A stretch of DNA of 64,000 bases, taken from contig JAXLQI010000002.1 in NCBI GenBank assembly GCA_046331685.1, positions 34,630 to 98,629 on the forward strand, written 5' to 3'. This document shows, piece by piece, positions 27,374 through 36,289 of the stretch (positions are counted from its first letter, which is position 1; every line of letters begins with the position of its first letter). This stretch comes from Candidatus Micrarchaeia archaeon (GTDB taxonomy: Archaea; Micrarchaeota; Micrarchaeia; Anstonellales; Bilamarchaeaceae). A program made the position numbers and the translations under genes. Under the pieces are notes generated by a model. That model did not search any database. It saw nothing but the letters and a program-made list of their open reading frames with translations, and was not told the DNA's origin.

Positions 27374-27648
27374 TTCTTCTCCCCGCCCTTGATTTCGAGG
27401 AAGACTATCTCCGGGACCTTGTGCGGGTGGGTCTGTTTTATATGGGCCTCGACCTTCGGATATGCTTTCATGGTCGTCTTTATGAGGAGCAGGTATTCGG
27501 CCCCTGACTCTATCCTCCCCTTCCACCGATAGACCGAATCCTCGATCTTGATCATGCTCGCGCAGGCGGCGTATTCCTTCTCGACCACATCCATCGCCGC
27601 CTTCGCGGCCGTCTCCCGGTCAGGGTACGTTGAAAGGACCAGTATCAT
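27238..27648 (-). CDS. cutA: Divalent-cation tolerance protein CutA
   Basis: 'MILVLSTYPDRETAAKAAMDVVEKEYAACASMIKIEDSVYRWKGRIESGAEYLLLIKTT' is the canonical CutA1 N-terminus. The ORF has a ~30-aa C-terminal extension overlapping pop5 on the other strand. Confidence 0.8.
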   Translation of the reverse strand: MILVLSTYPDRETAAKAAMDVVEKEYAACASMIKIEDSVYRWKGRIESGAEYLLLIKTTMKAYPKVEAHIKQTHPHKVPEIVFLEIKGGEKNYLEWVDKNSFSRLLRVPLDLTATRRVSEPSSELISARKPRTLSR

Positions 27649-27657
27649 GAACCTTAT

Positions 27658-28893
27658 TTATCCGGGTTTCTTAAAAACTATCTCTATCACATTGCGATGA
27701 TGCAGGGGGTGGTCCTTCCCCACCGCCTGTTTTGTCTTATAATCGATCGCCTTGATGAAACCCCTTCCGATGTCGCTGTGGAGCTTGAATGCAAAATCGA
27801 GCGCCGTGGTCCCGGAGGGCATAAGGAAGCAATCCGGCAAGGTGCGCCCCTGCGCATCGACAAGGTCCCCTCCCCCGGGAAATATGGCGATGTAGTGAAG
27901 GAAATCGAAAACGGCTGTGTTCAGGCACTTCTGAATCCCCGTGCCATCATACTTATTGCAGACCGCTCTCATTATCTCCAACGCTCCTTTCTGCGCGTCA
28001 TTGAGCTCTCCTTTTATCCTGAACTCCTTGTCTCCAGGAATGTACTCGATCAAATTCGCCTTAGCCGCTCCCTTAAGCGTTATCTCGGCCTCAGCCGAGC
28101 AAGGGATGACTACGTATTCAGGGAACGTTTTTTTCAGTTTCTGGTAGTTGTCCCATCCGGTCGAAAGGTCGCATTTGTTGGCGGCGATTATGATCGGCTT
28201 CCCTATGTGCCTGATCTTCTTGCAAACAGCGAGCCGTTCATCCTCCCCCCACTGGTCTAGAGATTTTTCCTCAAGCTTGAGCTCTTTGAGGACTCTAGCA
28301 ATTATTGTCCTGTTCATTCCCAATCCGCTGAACTGATTTGTAACTATCTCTTCATTTTTTTTTGTGTTCAATTTCGCCTCGCGTGCAAGTTTGATCCAGT
28401 TATTGTCCAAAATGTCCTTTATCCAGAAATCGAGTTCCTGCTCCAGAAACCTCACATCGTTGCATGGGTCGTAGCTCCCTTTTGCGACCACCTCGCCTAC
28501 CTCGTTCGTGGAACCACTCGCATCCACCACGTGGACGAGCACGTCGGCTTGCCTGAGGTCATCGAGGAATTTGTTGCCGAGCCCCTTCCCTTCATGGGCG
28601 CCAGGCACAAGCCCGGCGACATCAAGGAGCTCCACAGGTGCGAAGCGCCTGTGGTTTACGCAGAACCCGCTCCGGGGATTGCACTGCTTGCCGAATTCCT
28701 TGTCCACGCATTCGACTTCGACATAAGCGACAGCCCTGTTCGGCTTGATCGTGGTGAACGGCCTCGGGGAGCGCTCGACCGGGACCGAGGTCGCGGCCAT
28801 GAAGAACGTGCTTTTCCCGACTGAAGGTTTGCCGACTATGCCTATCAACATAAGAATCGTCTCCCACTTATCTGCAGGGCAGGTTTTTAACAA
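27658..28893 (-). CDS. ychF: Obg-family GTPase, YchF/Ola1-like (P-loop GTPase plus TGS-like C-terminus)
   Basis: 'IGIVGKPSVGKSTFF' (G1), 'DVAGLVPGAHEGKGLGNKFLDDLRQADVLVHVVD' (G3 plus YchF signature), 'NKCD' (G4). The start may be the internal Met at 28851. Confidence 0.8.
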   Translation of the reverse strand: MLKTCPADKWETILMLIGIVGKPSVGKSTFFMAATSVPVERSPRPFTTIKPNRAVAYVEVECVDKEFGKQCNPRSGFCVNHRRFAPVELLDVAGLVPGAHEGKGLGNKFLDDLRQADVLVHVVDASGSTNEVGEVVAKGSYDPCNDVRFLEQELDFWIKDILDNNWIKLAREAKLNTKKNEEIVTNQFSGLGMNRTIIARVLKELKLEEKSLDQWGEDERLAVCKKIRHIGKPIIIAANKCDLSTGWDNYQKLKKTFPEYVVIPCSAEAEITLKGAAKANLIEYIPGDKEFRIKGELNDAQKGALEIMRAVCNKYDGTGIQKCLNTAVFDFLHYIAIFPGGGDLVDAQGRTLPDCFLMPSGTTALDFAFKLHSDIGRGFIKAIDYKTKQAVGKDHPLHHRNVIEIVFKKPG

Positions 28894-28933
28894 CCTTTTG
28901 ACGATTAAAAGCCCGGGGAGACGTGATGGCAGG

Positions 28934-29512
28934 ATGAAGATACTCGTGAGGGGATATGAGCCTGCGGACTCGAGCGCCGCGGTCGCTGTCTACCGGAGCT
29001 CCCACGAATCCATGCGCAGGAGCAGGGGCGGGATGCATCCGGACGGATCAATCGATGCCATCCTCGGGAAGAGCGACAGTGAGCTCCTCCTTCTCCTCAC
29101 CGGCTCCTGCAGCCTATTCGTCGCCATCGTCGAAGAGACCGGACAGATGGTCGGCATAGGCGGTTTCACGATCACTCCCGCAGGCCGGCTCCTCGGCTCC
29201 ACACTCAGCCGTAACCTCTATGTCCGGGAGGATTTCCAGAAGGGCAGGGCCGGAGTCAACGTCGGGAAGATTCTGCGGAGCCGCATACTCGAGGAAGCGC
29301 GCAGGCAGGGGTTCCGCAAGATCTACGGGTTCTCGACACCCGAAGCGGTGGAATTCCACAGGAAGTTCGGCGCCGTCTTCTTCCCGTCATTCGACAAGAC
29401 GGTCGATTCGGTCAACGTCAGCTATTATGAGATAGAGCTCCGGAAAAGCCTCATGAACCGCCTGCGGGCCGAACCATACCTGATGAGGCTCGCCTCTTTC
29501 CTGCGACGCTGA
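28934..29512 (+). CDS. GNAT-family N-acetyltransferase
   Basis: Trimmed to ATG 28934, since the track ORF would overlap the ychF start. Motif A-like 'VEETGQMVGIGGF' / 'RRQGFRKIYG'. Confidence 0.65.
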   Translation: MKILVRGYEPADSSAAVAVYRSSHESMRRSRGGMHPDGSIDAILGKSDSELLLLLTGSCSLFVAIVEETGQMVGIGGFTITPAGRLLGSTLSRNLYVREDFQKGRAGVNVGKILRSRILEEARRQGFRKIYGFSTPEAVEFHRKFGAVFFPSFDKTVDSVNVSYYEIELRKSLMNRLRAEPYLMRLASFLRR

Positions 29513-29598
29513 GCGCCCTCATCCGGGACGGGCCCGCCGATATCTTTTTTATATCCGCCGAGGCAAATATATCACACCGACAATACCGCGGTCCTGAT

Positions 29599-30480
29599 AT
29601 GACGAACCACGCATACGACCTTTTCAGCACCTCATCGATGCCCCATACGCGGAAACTGATCATAAACGCCGCGCTGACCGGCAACCTGCACCAGCGATCC
29701 GACAATCCTGCGGTCCCTTACCTCCCGGAAGAGATCGTCGATGACGCCCGCCGGTGCTACCTCGCCGGCGCGAGCATGTTCCACATCCATGCCCGGGACG
29801 GTACCGGCAAGCCCTCCTGCCAGAAGGAGCACTATGCCGAGATCGTGGCCGGGATCCGGAAGAGATGCCCGGATTCGATCGTCTGCCTGACGACGAGCGG
29901 AAGGGTGTTCAAGACCTTCGAGCAGCGCACCGCCGTCCTCAGCCTGGAAGGCGAGCTGAAACCGGATTTCGCGAGCCTCAGCCTCGGCTCCATGAATTTC
30001 CCGAATACCGAGAGCGTCAATTCGCCCCAGATGATCGAGAAGCTAGCCGTCATGATGGACAGGCGCGGGATCAGGCCGGAGCTCGAGGTCTTCGAGACGG
30101 GAATGATCAATTACGGAAGGTTCCTCCTCAAGAAAGGCATCCTGAAGGCGCCATTGTTCTTCAACCTGTTCCACGGGATACTCGGCACCATGCCGGGCAG
30201 GATGGTCGATCTATGCCATATGGCCGGGGCCCTGCCGGACGGCTCCGAATGGGGGGCCGCAGGAGGAGGTCGGTTCCAGCTCCCCATCAACGTATCAGCC
30301 ATGCTGATGGGCGGGCATGTGCGTACCGGCATCGAGGACAACATCTGGATGGACCATGACAAGAAAACCCCAGCCACGAACGAGCTCCTTGTGAAGCGGA
30401 TAGCCCGGATAGCGACGGAGATCGGCCGGCCGGTCGCATCCCCCAAAGAGGCCCGCGAGATCCTCGGTCTGAAAAAATGA
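29599..30480 (+). CDS. kce: 3-keto-5-aminohexanoate cleavage enzyme family (BKACE/DUF849, Kce-like)
   Basis: 293 aa TIM-barrel; Zn-site motifs 'MFHIHARD' and 'LSLGSMNF'; family-typical length. Confidence 0.8.
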   Translation: MTNHAYDLFSTSSMPHTRKLIINAALTGNLHQRSDNPAVPYLPEEIVDDARRCYLAGASMFHIHARDGTGKPSCQKEHYAEIVAGIRKRCPDSIVCLTTSGRVFKTFEQRTAVLSLEGELKPDFASLSLGSMNFPNTESVNSPQMIEKLAVMMDRRGIRPELEVFETGMINYGRFLLKKGILKAPLFFNLFHGILGTMPGRMVDLCHMAGALPDGSEWGAAGGGRFQLPINVSAMLMGGHVRTGIEDNIWMDHDKKTPATNELLVKRIARIATEIGRPVASPKEAREILGLKK

Positions 30481-31730
30481 ACCTCGAGAAGTGGACGATC
30501 GTGCGGGACATCTTCGCGATCAAGCGCGAGGAGTGGCTTGACCGGGATTCACTGGAAGCGCTCCAGGAGCGCCGCCTCACCCGGGTTGTCCGTGCGGCAC
30601 GCGATACGCCCCACTACGGCAGGATCCTCCCCCCGGATATCTCCGATCTCGATTCCCTGGCGCGTCTCGCGCCCACAAGCAAGGAAGATGTGAGGCGCGA
30701 CCCGTTCTCTTTCGTACGGAAACAAGCCGCCGGCCGGCTCCAGGTATTCAACACATCCGGGTCCACCGGGAAGCCCATGCCCGTGTACATGGACCAGGGA
30801 GCCATCTTCTATTCCGGGGCGGTGAAATACGCGATGGTCACCGATTTCGGCCTGTCCCCGCTGGACCACCTCGCCGAGGTATCGATATGGACCAAGACCG
30901 CGCGGCCCGGCCGCATGGGCATTTTCAGGAGGCTCCAGCTCCCGGTGTCCGACAGCGAGGAGGCGAATCTCGGCCGCATGGCCACGCATCATGTGAATGT
31001 CTTCAGCGCGTACCCCACGATCGCCCAGCTGCTCGCCGGGCTGAACTCGGAGCGCCGGACGCCTTTGCGGATGAAATCCGTCTATTGCGGAGGCGAGGTC
31101 CTGAGGAGCAGGACTCGCGAATCCATCGAATCCTCCTTCTCCGCAGAAGTCTTCCAGCGATACGGGAACACGGAGTTCGGTTTCGTGGCATGGGAATGCC
31201 CGCAGGAGCACCGGCTCCATGTCTGCAGCAGCTCGGTGATACTGGAGATCCTCGACGCGAAAGGGAAGCCCAGGAAGAGCGGGGAAGGGGAGGTCGCCCT
31301 CACCACCCTCCATAACCTTGCCATGCCGCTCATCAGGTTCAGGATCGGTGACCTCGCCAGCTGGGGGAAGGAATGCCCTTGCGGCAGGGGGTGGCCGGTG
31401 CTCGGCTCCATCGCAGGAAGGAGCGGAGAGACGGTGAGGCTACCCAGCGGGAGGATCCGTCCGACTTTCGCCTTCAATGTGCTCTATGATTCAGAATTCC
31501 GCTTCGACGGCATCTCCCAGTTCCAGATAGTCCAGGAATCTCCCGAGGTCTTCGTGTTCAGATATATCCCTTCCGATGGCGGGCCGACCAGGGAAGTCCT
31601 TTCCGAGATCGAAAAAAGGATCAGGCGGGCTTGCCTAGGCGAGGATATCGAGGTCGGTTTCCAGGAGACCGACTCGATCAGCAAGAGCCCTTCAGGGAAG
31701 ACGACACACATGATCCCCTACCGGGGCTAA
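30477..31730 (+). CDS. Adenylate-forming enzyme, phenylacetate-CoA ligase (PaaK) / coenzyme F390 synthetase-like
   Basis: 417 aa; 'TSGSTGKP' AMP-binding P-loop; ANL-superfamily architecture; start overlaps the kce stop by 4 nt (operon). Confidence 0.75.
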   Translation: MNLEKWTIVRDIFAIKREEWLDRDSLEALQERRLTRVVRAARDTPHYGRILPPDISDLDSLARLAPTSKEDVRRDPFSFVRKQAAGRLQVFNTSGSTGKPMPVYMDQGAIFYSGAVKYAMVTDFGLSPLDHLAEVSIWTKTARPGRMGIFRRLQLPVSDSEEANLGRMATHHVNVFSAYPTIAQLLAGLNSERRTPLRMKSVYCGGEVLRSRTRESIESSFSAEVFQRYGNTEFGFVAWECPQEHRLHVCSSSVILEILDAKGKPRKSGEGEVALTTLHNLAMPLIRFRIGDLASWGKECPCGRGWPVLGSIAGRSGETVRLPSGRIRPTFAFNVLYDSEFRFDGISQFQIVQESPEVFVFRYIPSDGGPTREVLSEIEKRIRRACLGEDIEVGFQETDSISKSPSGKTTHMIPYRG

Positions 31731-32866
31731 TTCCCTTTCCTGAGCACGACGACGCTCTCGCGGGTCCTCACTTTCTGGGGGCGGACATCCGCGATCCGTT
31801 CCGCGCCCACGAGGATCTCGGCATCCGAGAAGCCGAGCCGCAGGCCCATCTCCGCGAAAATCTCATCGACAAGCACATGGGTCTGGTGGATCACAGAATT
31901 GGAGACCGTTATGTGCGCCGTCCCCCCCGGGGCGAGGACCCGGTGCATCTCGGCTATAGCCGCTTCCATATCCCGGAAGTATGTGGCGATTATCGGTATC
32001 TTGTACCCCACATCGCCTACTTCCGGGGGCATCTGCTGGACCTCCATCCTCTTGCCGATGAAGGACCGGACCGACCGCATCCTCACTTCCTCTGCGGCGG
32101 CTTTGCTCATCTGGAGCAGGCTCAGCTCCAACCCGTAAATCTTCGAGTAATCTATGTTGTTCAGATAAGGCGGCGATGTGACGACGAGGTCGACGCTTCC
32201 GCTGTCGATCTCCAGCGAACGCGCATCCCCGAGGTACACCTTCGGGGCGTGTCCCTGGGGCGCGGAGCCGAGCTCGCGCACCATCCTCTTGACCTTCCTC
32301 CTGAAGATCTCGCGGGCCGGAAGCGCCCTCTTCCCCTTCATTATCTTGAGGACCCCGCCATCCTTGAGGACGAGGCTCGCCTGGGGGATCACGGACAGCA
32401 GAGCGAGCAGGAGGATGTTGCGCACGCGGCCCTCCTCGTTCTCGATCGCCTGCCTTAGGGCGAGGATCTCGCCGTAATTACGCTTCGGGAACGCGGCGCG
32501 GGCGCTGAAGAGCTCGAACTCCCAAACCGCCTCAGGGGCAGGTTCTAGCCTCCTCTCCAGGAACTCCAGGGCGGCTTCGAGATCGGCCTTCTCATAATCG
32601 TCGGTCTTAACCCTAGATACGAAGACAGCGAGCTCGGACGCATCCACGCCGGCGGATTCGATCCCTGCCGCCTTGCACGCAAGGAGGCTTGTCCCCACCC
32701 CGCAGAACGGGTCGAGGACCGTCCGCGGAGCCGTCTCCTTTATCGCGAAATCGACGAGCTCAGGGGCGAAACCCTCCTTGTACCAGAACCATCCGTGGAC
32801 CGGCTTCTCCTTGCTCAGGTCGAACGTCATCCACGGGCCGAGCTCAGGCCTGTTCTGGATATTCAT
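31727..32866 (-). CDS. DNA methyltransferase (N6-adenine or N4-cytosine; beta-class, SPPY motif)
   Basis: Motif I 'DPFCGVGT' and catalytic motif IV 'SPPY'. Trimmed to Met 32866, because the upstream extension has odd composition and would overlap rnhA. No restriction-endonuclease candidate is adjacent. Confidence 0.75.
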   Translation of the reverse strand: MNIQNRPELGPWMTFDLSKEKPVHGWFWYKEGFAPELVDFAIKETAPRTVLDPFCGVGTSLLACKAAGIESAGVDASELAVFVSRVKTDDYEKADLEAALEFLERRLEPAPEAVWEFELFSARAAFPKRNYGEILALRQAIENEEGRVRNILLLALLSVIPQASLVLKDGGVLKIMKGKRALPAREIFRRKVKRMVRELGSAPQGHAPKVYLGDARSLEIDSGSVDLVVTSPPYLNNIDYSKIYGLELSLLQMSKAAAEEVRMRSVRSFIGKRMEVQQMPPEVGDVGYKIPIIATYFRDMEAAIAEMHRVLAPGGTAHITVSNSVIHQTHVLVDEIFAEMGLRLGFSDAEILVGAERIADVRPQKVRTRESVVVLRKGN

Positions 32867-33300
32867 CTGTTCCCACCGCTCGCCGGCGAGGCTTCCCGCT
32901 CGCGCCGCCTCCCTATCTCCGCCCCTTCCTTGGATAATGTATCCGCGGCTGAATTCTTCTCCCTCGGGATGTGCTCGAACGAGACCTTGATCCCCGAGCA
33001 CAGCCGTTCCACGTCCTTCTTGAGCGGGACGAGCTTCGGATCCTTCACGCGATACTCGTTGTTGAGCTGCCGCACCACAAGCTCGCTGTCGCTCTTGATG
33101 TGCACCTCCATCTCCCCGATGCTCCGTGCGGTCTCGAGCGCCTTGATTATCGCTGTGTACTCGGCTATGTTATTGGTGCCGCTCCCGATATACTCGCTCA
33201 GCTCCTCTATCACCAGCCCGTCCCGGTAGATGACTATCCCGATACCCATCGGACCTGGATTACCGAGCGAAGCCCCGTCAGTGAATGCTATGATCATCAT
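32863..33300 (-). CDS. rnhA: Ribonuclease HI (type 1 RNase H)
   Basis: Trimmed to 'MMIIAFTDGASLGNPGPMGIGIVI'; DEDD carboxylates in canonical context ('TDGAS', 'NNIAEY', 'HIKSDSELVV', 'REKNSAAD'). Confidence 0.8.
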   Translation of the reverse strand: MMIIAFTDGASLGNPGPMGIGIVIYRDGLVIEELSEYIGSGTNNIAEYTAIIKALETARSIGEMEVHIKSDSELVVRQLNNEYRVKDPKLVPLKKDVERLCSGIKVSFEHIPREKNSAADTLSKEGAEIGRRREREASPASGGNR

Positions 33301-33329
33301 TAGCCCTTGGCTTATGTTTTTTATATACT

Positions 33330-33782
33330 TTGGCACTGCATCAATCCATGAACTACTCTTTCCACCCTTCCCCCATCGTGGCGATCGTCCAGTCGGTCAT
33401 AGTGGCGGGAGGGGTGGCAGCGGCGGCATACCTGATCAGGGACTTCCTCGGGGATATCCTCATGCCGCTCATAGTGCTGATGGCATCGCTTTGCCTCATT
33501 AAAATCCTGCTTTCGTTCATCTCGTCGCAGACATACACGATAACCCTGGACGAAAGCTCGATAACATACACCCACGGGATACTGTCCAGGAAGCAGTTCG
33601 TCGTCCCGTTTTCCAAGGTGACCGAGTCCAGCTTCGACCAGAGCCTGGTCCAGCGGTTCTTCGGCCTCGGCACGCTCTTCGCGGACACCCCCGGGGGATC
33701 GGAATCAGCCATCCGCCTCCAGGATGCGAGGATGAGCGACATCGAGCTGACCCTGGCCAAGATCAAGGCGAAAAACAAGTGA
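33330..33782 (+). CDS. Membrane protein with bacterial-type PH (bPH/DUF304-like) domain
   Basis: 150 aa; two N-terminal TM helices followed by a small beta-rich domain. Confidence 0.5.
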   Translation: MALHQSMNYSFHPSPIVAIVQSVIVAGGVAAAAYLIRDFLGDILMPLIVLMASLCLIKILLSFISSQTYTITLDESSITYTHGILSRKQFVVPFSKVTESSFDQSLVQRFFGLGTLFADTPGGSESAIRLQDARMSDIELTLAKIKAKNK

Positions 33783-33786
33783 GCGC

Positions 33787-34284
33787 ATGGCTGACATCGA
33801 ATATGCCGAAGGATACGTTGTTATACGGTCCAGGCCGCTGATCCTGAAGCTCCGGAGCCTGGGGGCGGGAGTGGAGGAAGCAGATGATACCAAGATCACC
33901 CTCATCGAAGCGGCATATTTCGCCGAGCGGAAGGTGCTTCCCGCCGACCATGCGGAGCTGATCCGGAAAGCAGCGGAAAGCGATCCGCTCGCGAGGGAGA
34001 AATACAGCGTCCTCAAATATCTCCGCGACCGCGGATACATCGTCCGGCCCAGCCTGGACGGGAGCGGTTATCTCCGGCTCCACCGGAAAGGATACCGCCC
34101 CGGAGAGGACAAGACCTACTACCTGATCGAAGTCGTCGGAAGCGGATGGAAGGCGAGTTTGGAGAGCCTGCTGCCAGGGCTCGAGACCGCCGGAAAGCTC
34201 CGCAAAGAGCTCGCTGTCGCGGTGGTCGGAGAAGGGGAAGAGCGGCCCCTGTTCATCAAATTCGGGAAGATGAATTTCGAGTGA
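33787..34284 (+). CDS. endA: tRNA-splicing endonuclease (EndA) subunit
   Basis: 165 aa; C-terminal catalytic-domain pattern ('KYSVLKYLRDRGYIVRPSLDGSGYLRLHRKG...YLIEVV...LAVAVV') with conserved Tyr/His/Lys positions. Confidence 0.65.
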   Translation: MADIEYAEGYVVIRSRPLILKLRSLGAGVEEADDTKITLIEAAYFAERKVLPADHAELIRKAAESDPLAREKYSVLKYLRDRGYIVRPSLDGSGYLRLHRKGYRPGEDKTYYLIEVVGSGWKASLESLLPGLETAGKLRKELAVAVVGEGEERPLFIKFGKMNFE

Positions 34285-34363
34285 ATTCCGGCGCAGGCCT
34301 TCCGCTCCACATTGATTATAAACTCTTCTGCGGAACAATTGTCATAATTCTTGGTGATTAGTA

Positions 34364-35164
34364 ATGGACAGGTCATATATCATTGAAGCCCAGATGAAAG
34401 AAGGCGCAGCCGAGAAACCGGTGATCGCGGTGGTGTTCATGAACACAGAGCCCGGAAAGGGATTGCTCGGCGATCTGGGGCTGCACTCGGTGTCAGCGGT
34501 CACCGAAGTCAGGCCCGAGTCCAGGCAGCCGACCGAACCGACGATGTATGCATATGATCGCACCAGTTCCCCGGGCTGCGTGCTTGTCACGAGATTCGAC
34601 TGGCAGGGCAAGGTCATCAACACGGCCCGCATCCACGGCGAGCCCCACTCCCTCATCCCCCCGGTCAGCGGGCAGGCGGCCGAGGATCTGCTCTATCTTC
34701 CCCAGGCATACGTGATCTCCGCATGCGTGAGGGATGGCCCGAGCCTGGATCCTGTCGTGGGGGTCCTATTCATCAAGCCGGCATACGGGGAGAAGACGCT
34801 GGCGCCGGACAAGAAATCGCTCTCAAGGATGGGCCTCGTCAATATCCAGAGCGTCGAACGGGTCGCTGTGGATTCGACCATCACCGGGACCGCGCTCTAC
34901 GTATTCGACCGGACGCCGTCAGCCTCAGAAGTCAGGGTATCGAGCCTGAATAACGACGGTACGATAGGTTCGACACGGGTGATCGAAGGACAACCCCATT
35001 CGATCATACCCCAGATAAAAGGGACCGCCGCCGACCGGTTCGTGAATCCGCGGAACGGCCTCGGAAAAAGCGATTTCCCTGCCAAGCCCGCATCCATCCC
35101 CCCGTCTTCACGCGATTCCAGGATCCCGCCAAGCCAGTTGCCATCCGGCTCGCGCAGGGCATGA
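34364..35164 (+). CDS. Hypothetical protein with an internal duplication
   Basis: 266 aa; repeated module 'HGEPHSLIPPVSGQAAEDL' / 'EGQPHSIIPQIKGTAADRF'; Pro/Ser-rich tail. Confidence 0.4.
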   Translation: MDRSYIIEAQMKEGAAEKPVIAVVFMNTEPGKGLLGDLGLHSVSAVTEVRPESRQPTEPTMYAYDRTSSPGCVLVTRFDWQGKVINTARIHGEPHSLIPPVSGQAAEDLLYLPQAYVISACVRDGPSLDPVVGVLFIKPAYGEKTLAPDKKSLSRMGLVNIQSVERVAVDSTITGTALYVFDRTPSASEVRVSSLNNDGTIGSTRVIEGQPHSIIPQIKGTAADRFVNPRNGLGKSDFPAKPASIPPSSRDSRIPPSQLPSGSRRA

Positions 35165-36274
35165 TCACTCGATGAAATCGGCCGGGTTGTAGTAAATCCT
35201 CCGGTCCCCGTCTTCCCTATAAACCGAAAAATGGACATGGGGGACCCTGGTGTTCCCGGTCTCCCCGACCAGGCCGATGCGTGCCCCCCGCTCCACGCGC
35301 TGGTTCGGCGCCACGTCTATCTGCTGGAGGTGCGAGAGGAGGAACGTCACTCCATCGTCAGTCACAAGGTAAATCACATAACCCCCCCTCGCGCTCGTCT
35401 GCGGCGTGTCTATCCTGGCTACGGTGCCCGAAAGCGGGGCCACGACCTCCGCGCCTTCCCTCGCGAAGATGTCTATAGCCCTGTGAAGTGTGCCGCTCCT
35501 CCATGAATGCGTGCCGTACGACCCTCTGGCATACCCCACCTGGACGTGGCCGCCATCGGCATAGAAATCCCTCTCCCTCGTTATCCTCCTATTCGCCTCG
35601 GGGACAGGGAAAGTGAACCTCGGGATATCCGTCCTCGAAGGCGGAGCCACCTCCCTCCTGACCGGGATCGCCCTCCCCAGGAAATCCCTCACCATCGAAT
35701 CCAGGTCCCTGTTGTCTATGCCGGCGCCGAAGGCGAGGATAGCGAAAAGCATGCTGCGGTTGACAAGCTGCCCGATCTCAAGGTCCCGGTTCCGGAAGTC
35801 ATGGTACCCATGGCCGATCAGGAAAGCGCCTAGATAGGATGGGCTCGAATAGCCCGAAGCGCGCACGACCATGCCTGAAGCCTCATCATACCCCCGGCCC
35901 TCCCTTATCAGAGGGTACACAGCGGCCCGCAGGCGCATCAGGACTCCGGACGCCTCCCCCGGGTGCGTCCTCTGCTCGTCATAGAGGTAACTGAAAAGCG
36001 AGTGGACGGTCTGCCGGTCGAGCCGTCCGTTCTCCCGGAGGGGTCCGGCGTCCGGACCGCGGTATCCCCGTGAGCTCAGGAACTCCTGCAGCTGCAGGAC
36101 CGAACCCACGCCCAGATGATCCCCCACCGCCGAGATCACGGCTCCTTCTGCCCGGCCCAGGCTGCGCGGGAGCCCGTGCTCGATGAAATAGGATTCCAGG
36201 GCGTTTCCATATGCGAGGAGGCCGGCCCTGCGGTCGACCTCCTGCTTCATCTGTCTCATCAACAGGACTATCAT
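35165..36274 (-). CDS. Peptidase M23 (LytM/lysostaphin-type) domain protein
   Basis: C-terminal 'HRAIDIFAREGAEVVAPLSGTV...GYVIYLVTDDGVTFLLSHL...GARIGLVGETGNTRVPHVHFSVY' matches the M23 HxxxD...HxH metal site. Trimmed to Met 36274 to avoid overlap with the divergent gene. Confidence 0.65.
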   Translation of the reverse strand: MIVLLMRQMKQEVDRRAGLLAYGNALESYFIEHGLPRSLGRAEGAVISAVGDHLGVGSVLQLQEFLSSRGYRGPDAGPLRENGRLDRQTVHSLFSYLYDEQRTHPGEASGVLMRLRAAVYPLIREGRGYDEASGMVVRASGYSSPSYLGAFLIGHGYHDFRNRDLEIGQLVNRSMLFAILAFGAGIDNRDLDSMVRDFLGRAIPVRREVAPPSRTDIPRFTFPVPEANRRITRERDFYADGGHVQVGYARGSYGTHSWRSGTLHRAIDIFAREGAEVVAPLSGTVARIDTPQTSARGGYVIYLVTDDGVTFLLSHLQQIDVAPNQRVERGARIGLVGETGNTRVPHVHFSVYREDGDRRIYYNPADFIE

Positions 36275-36289
36275 CGGTATTTTTTTTAA

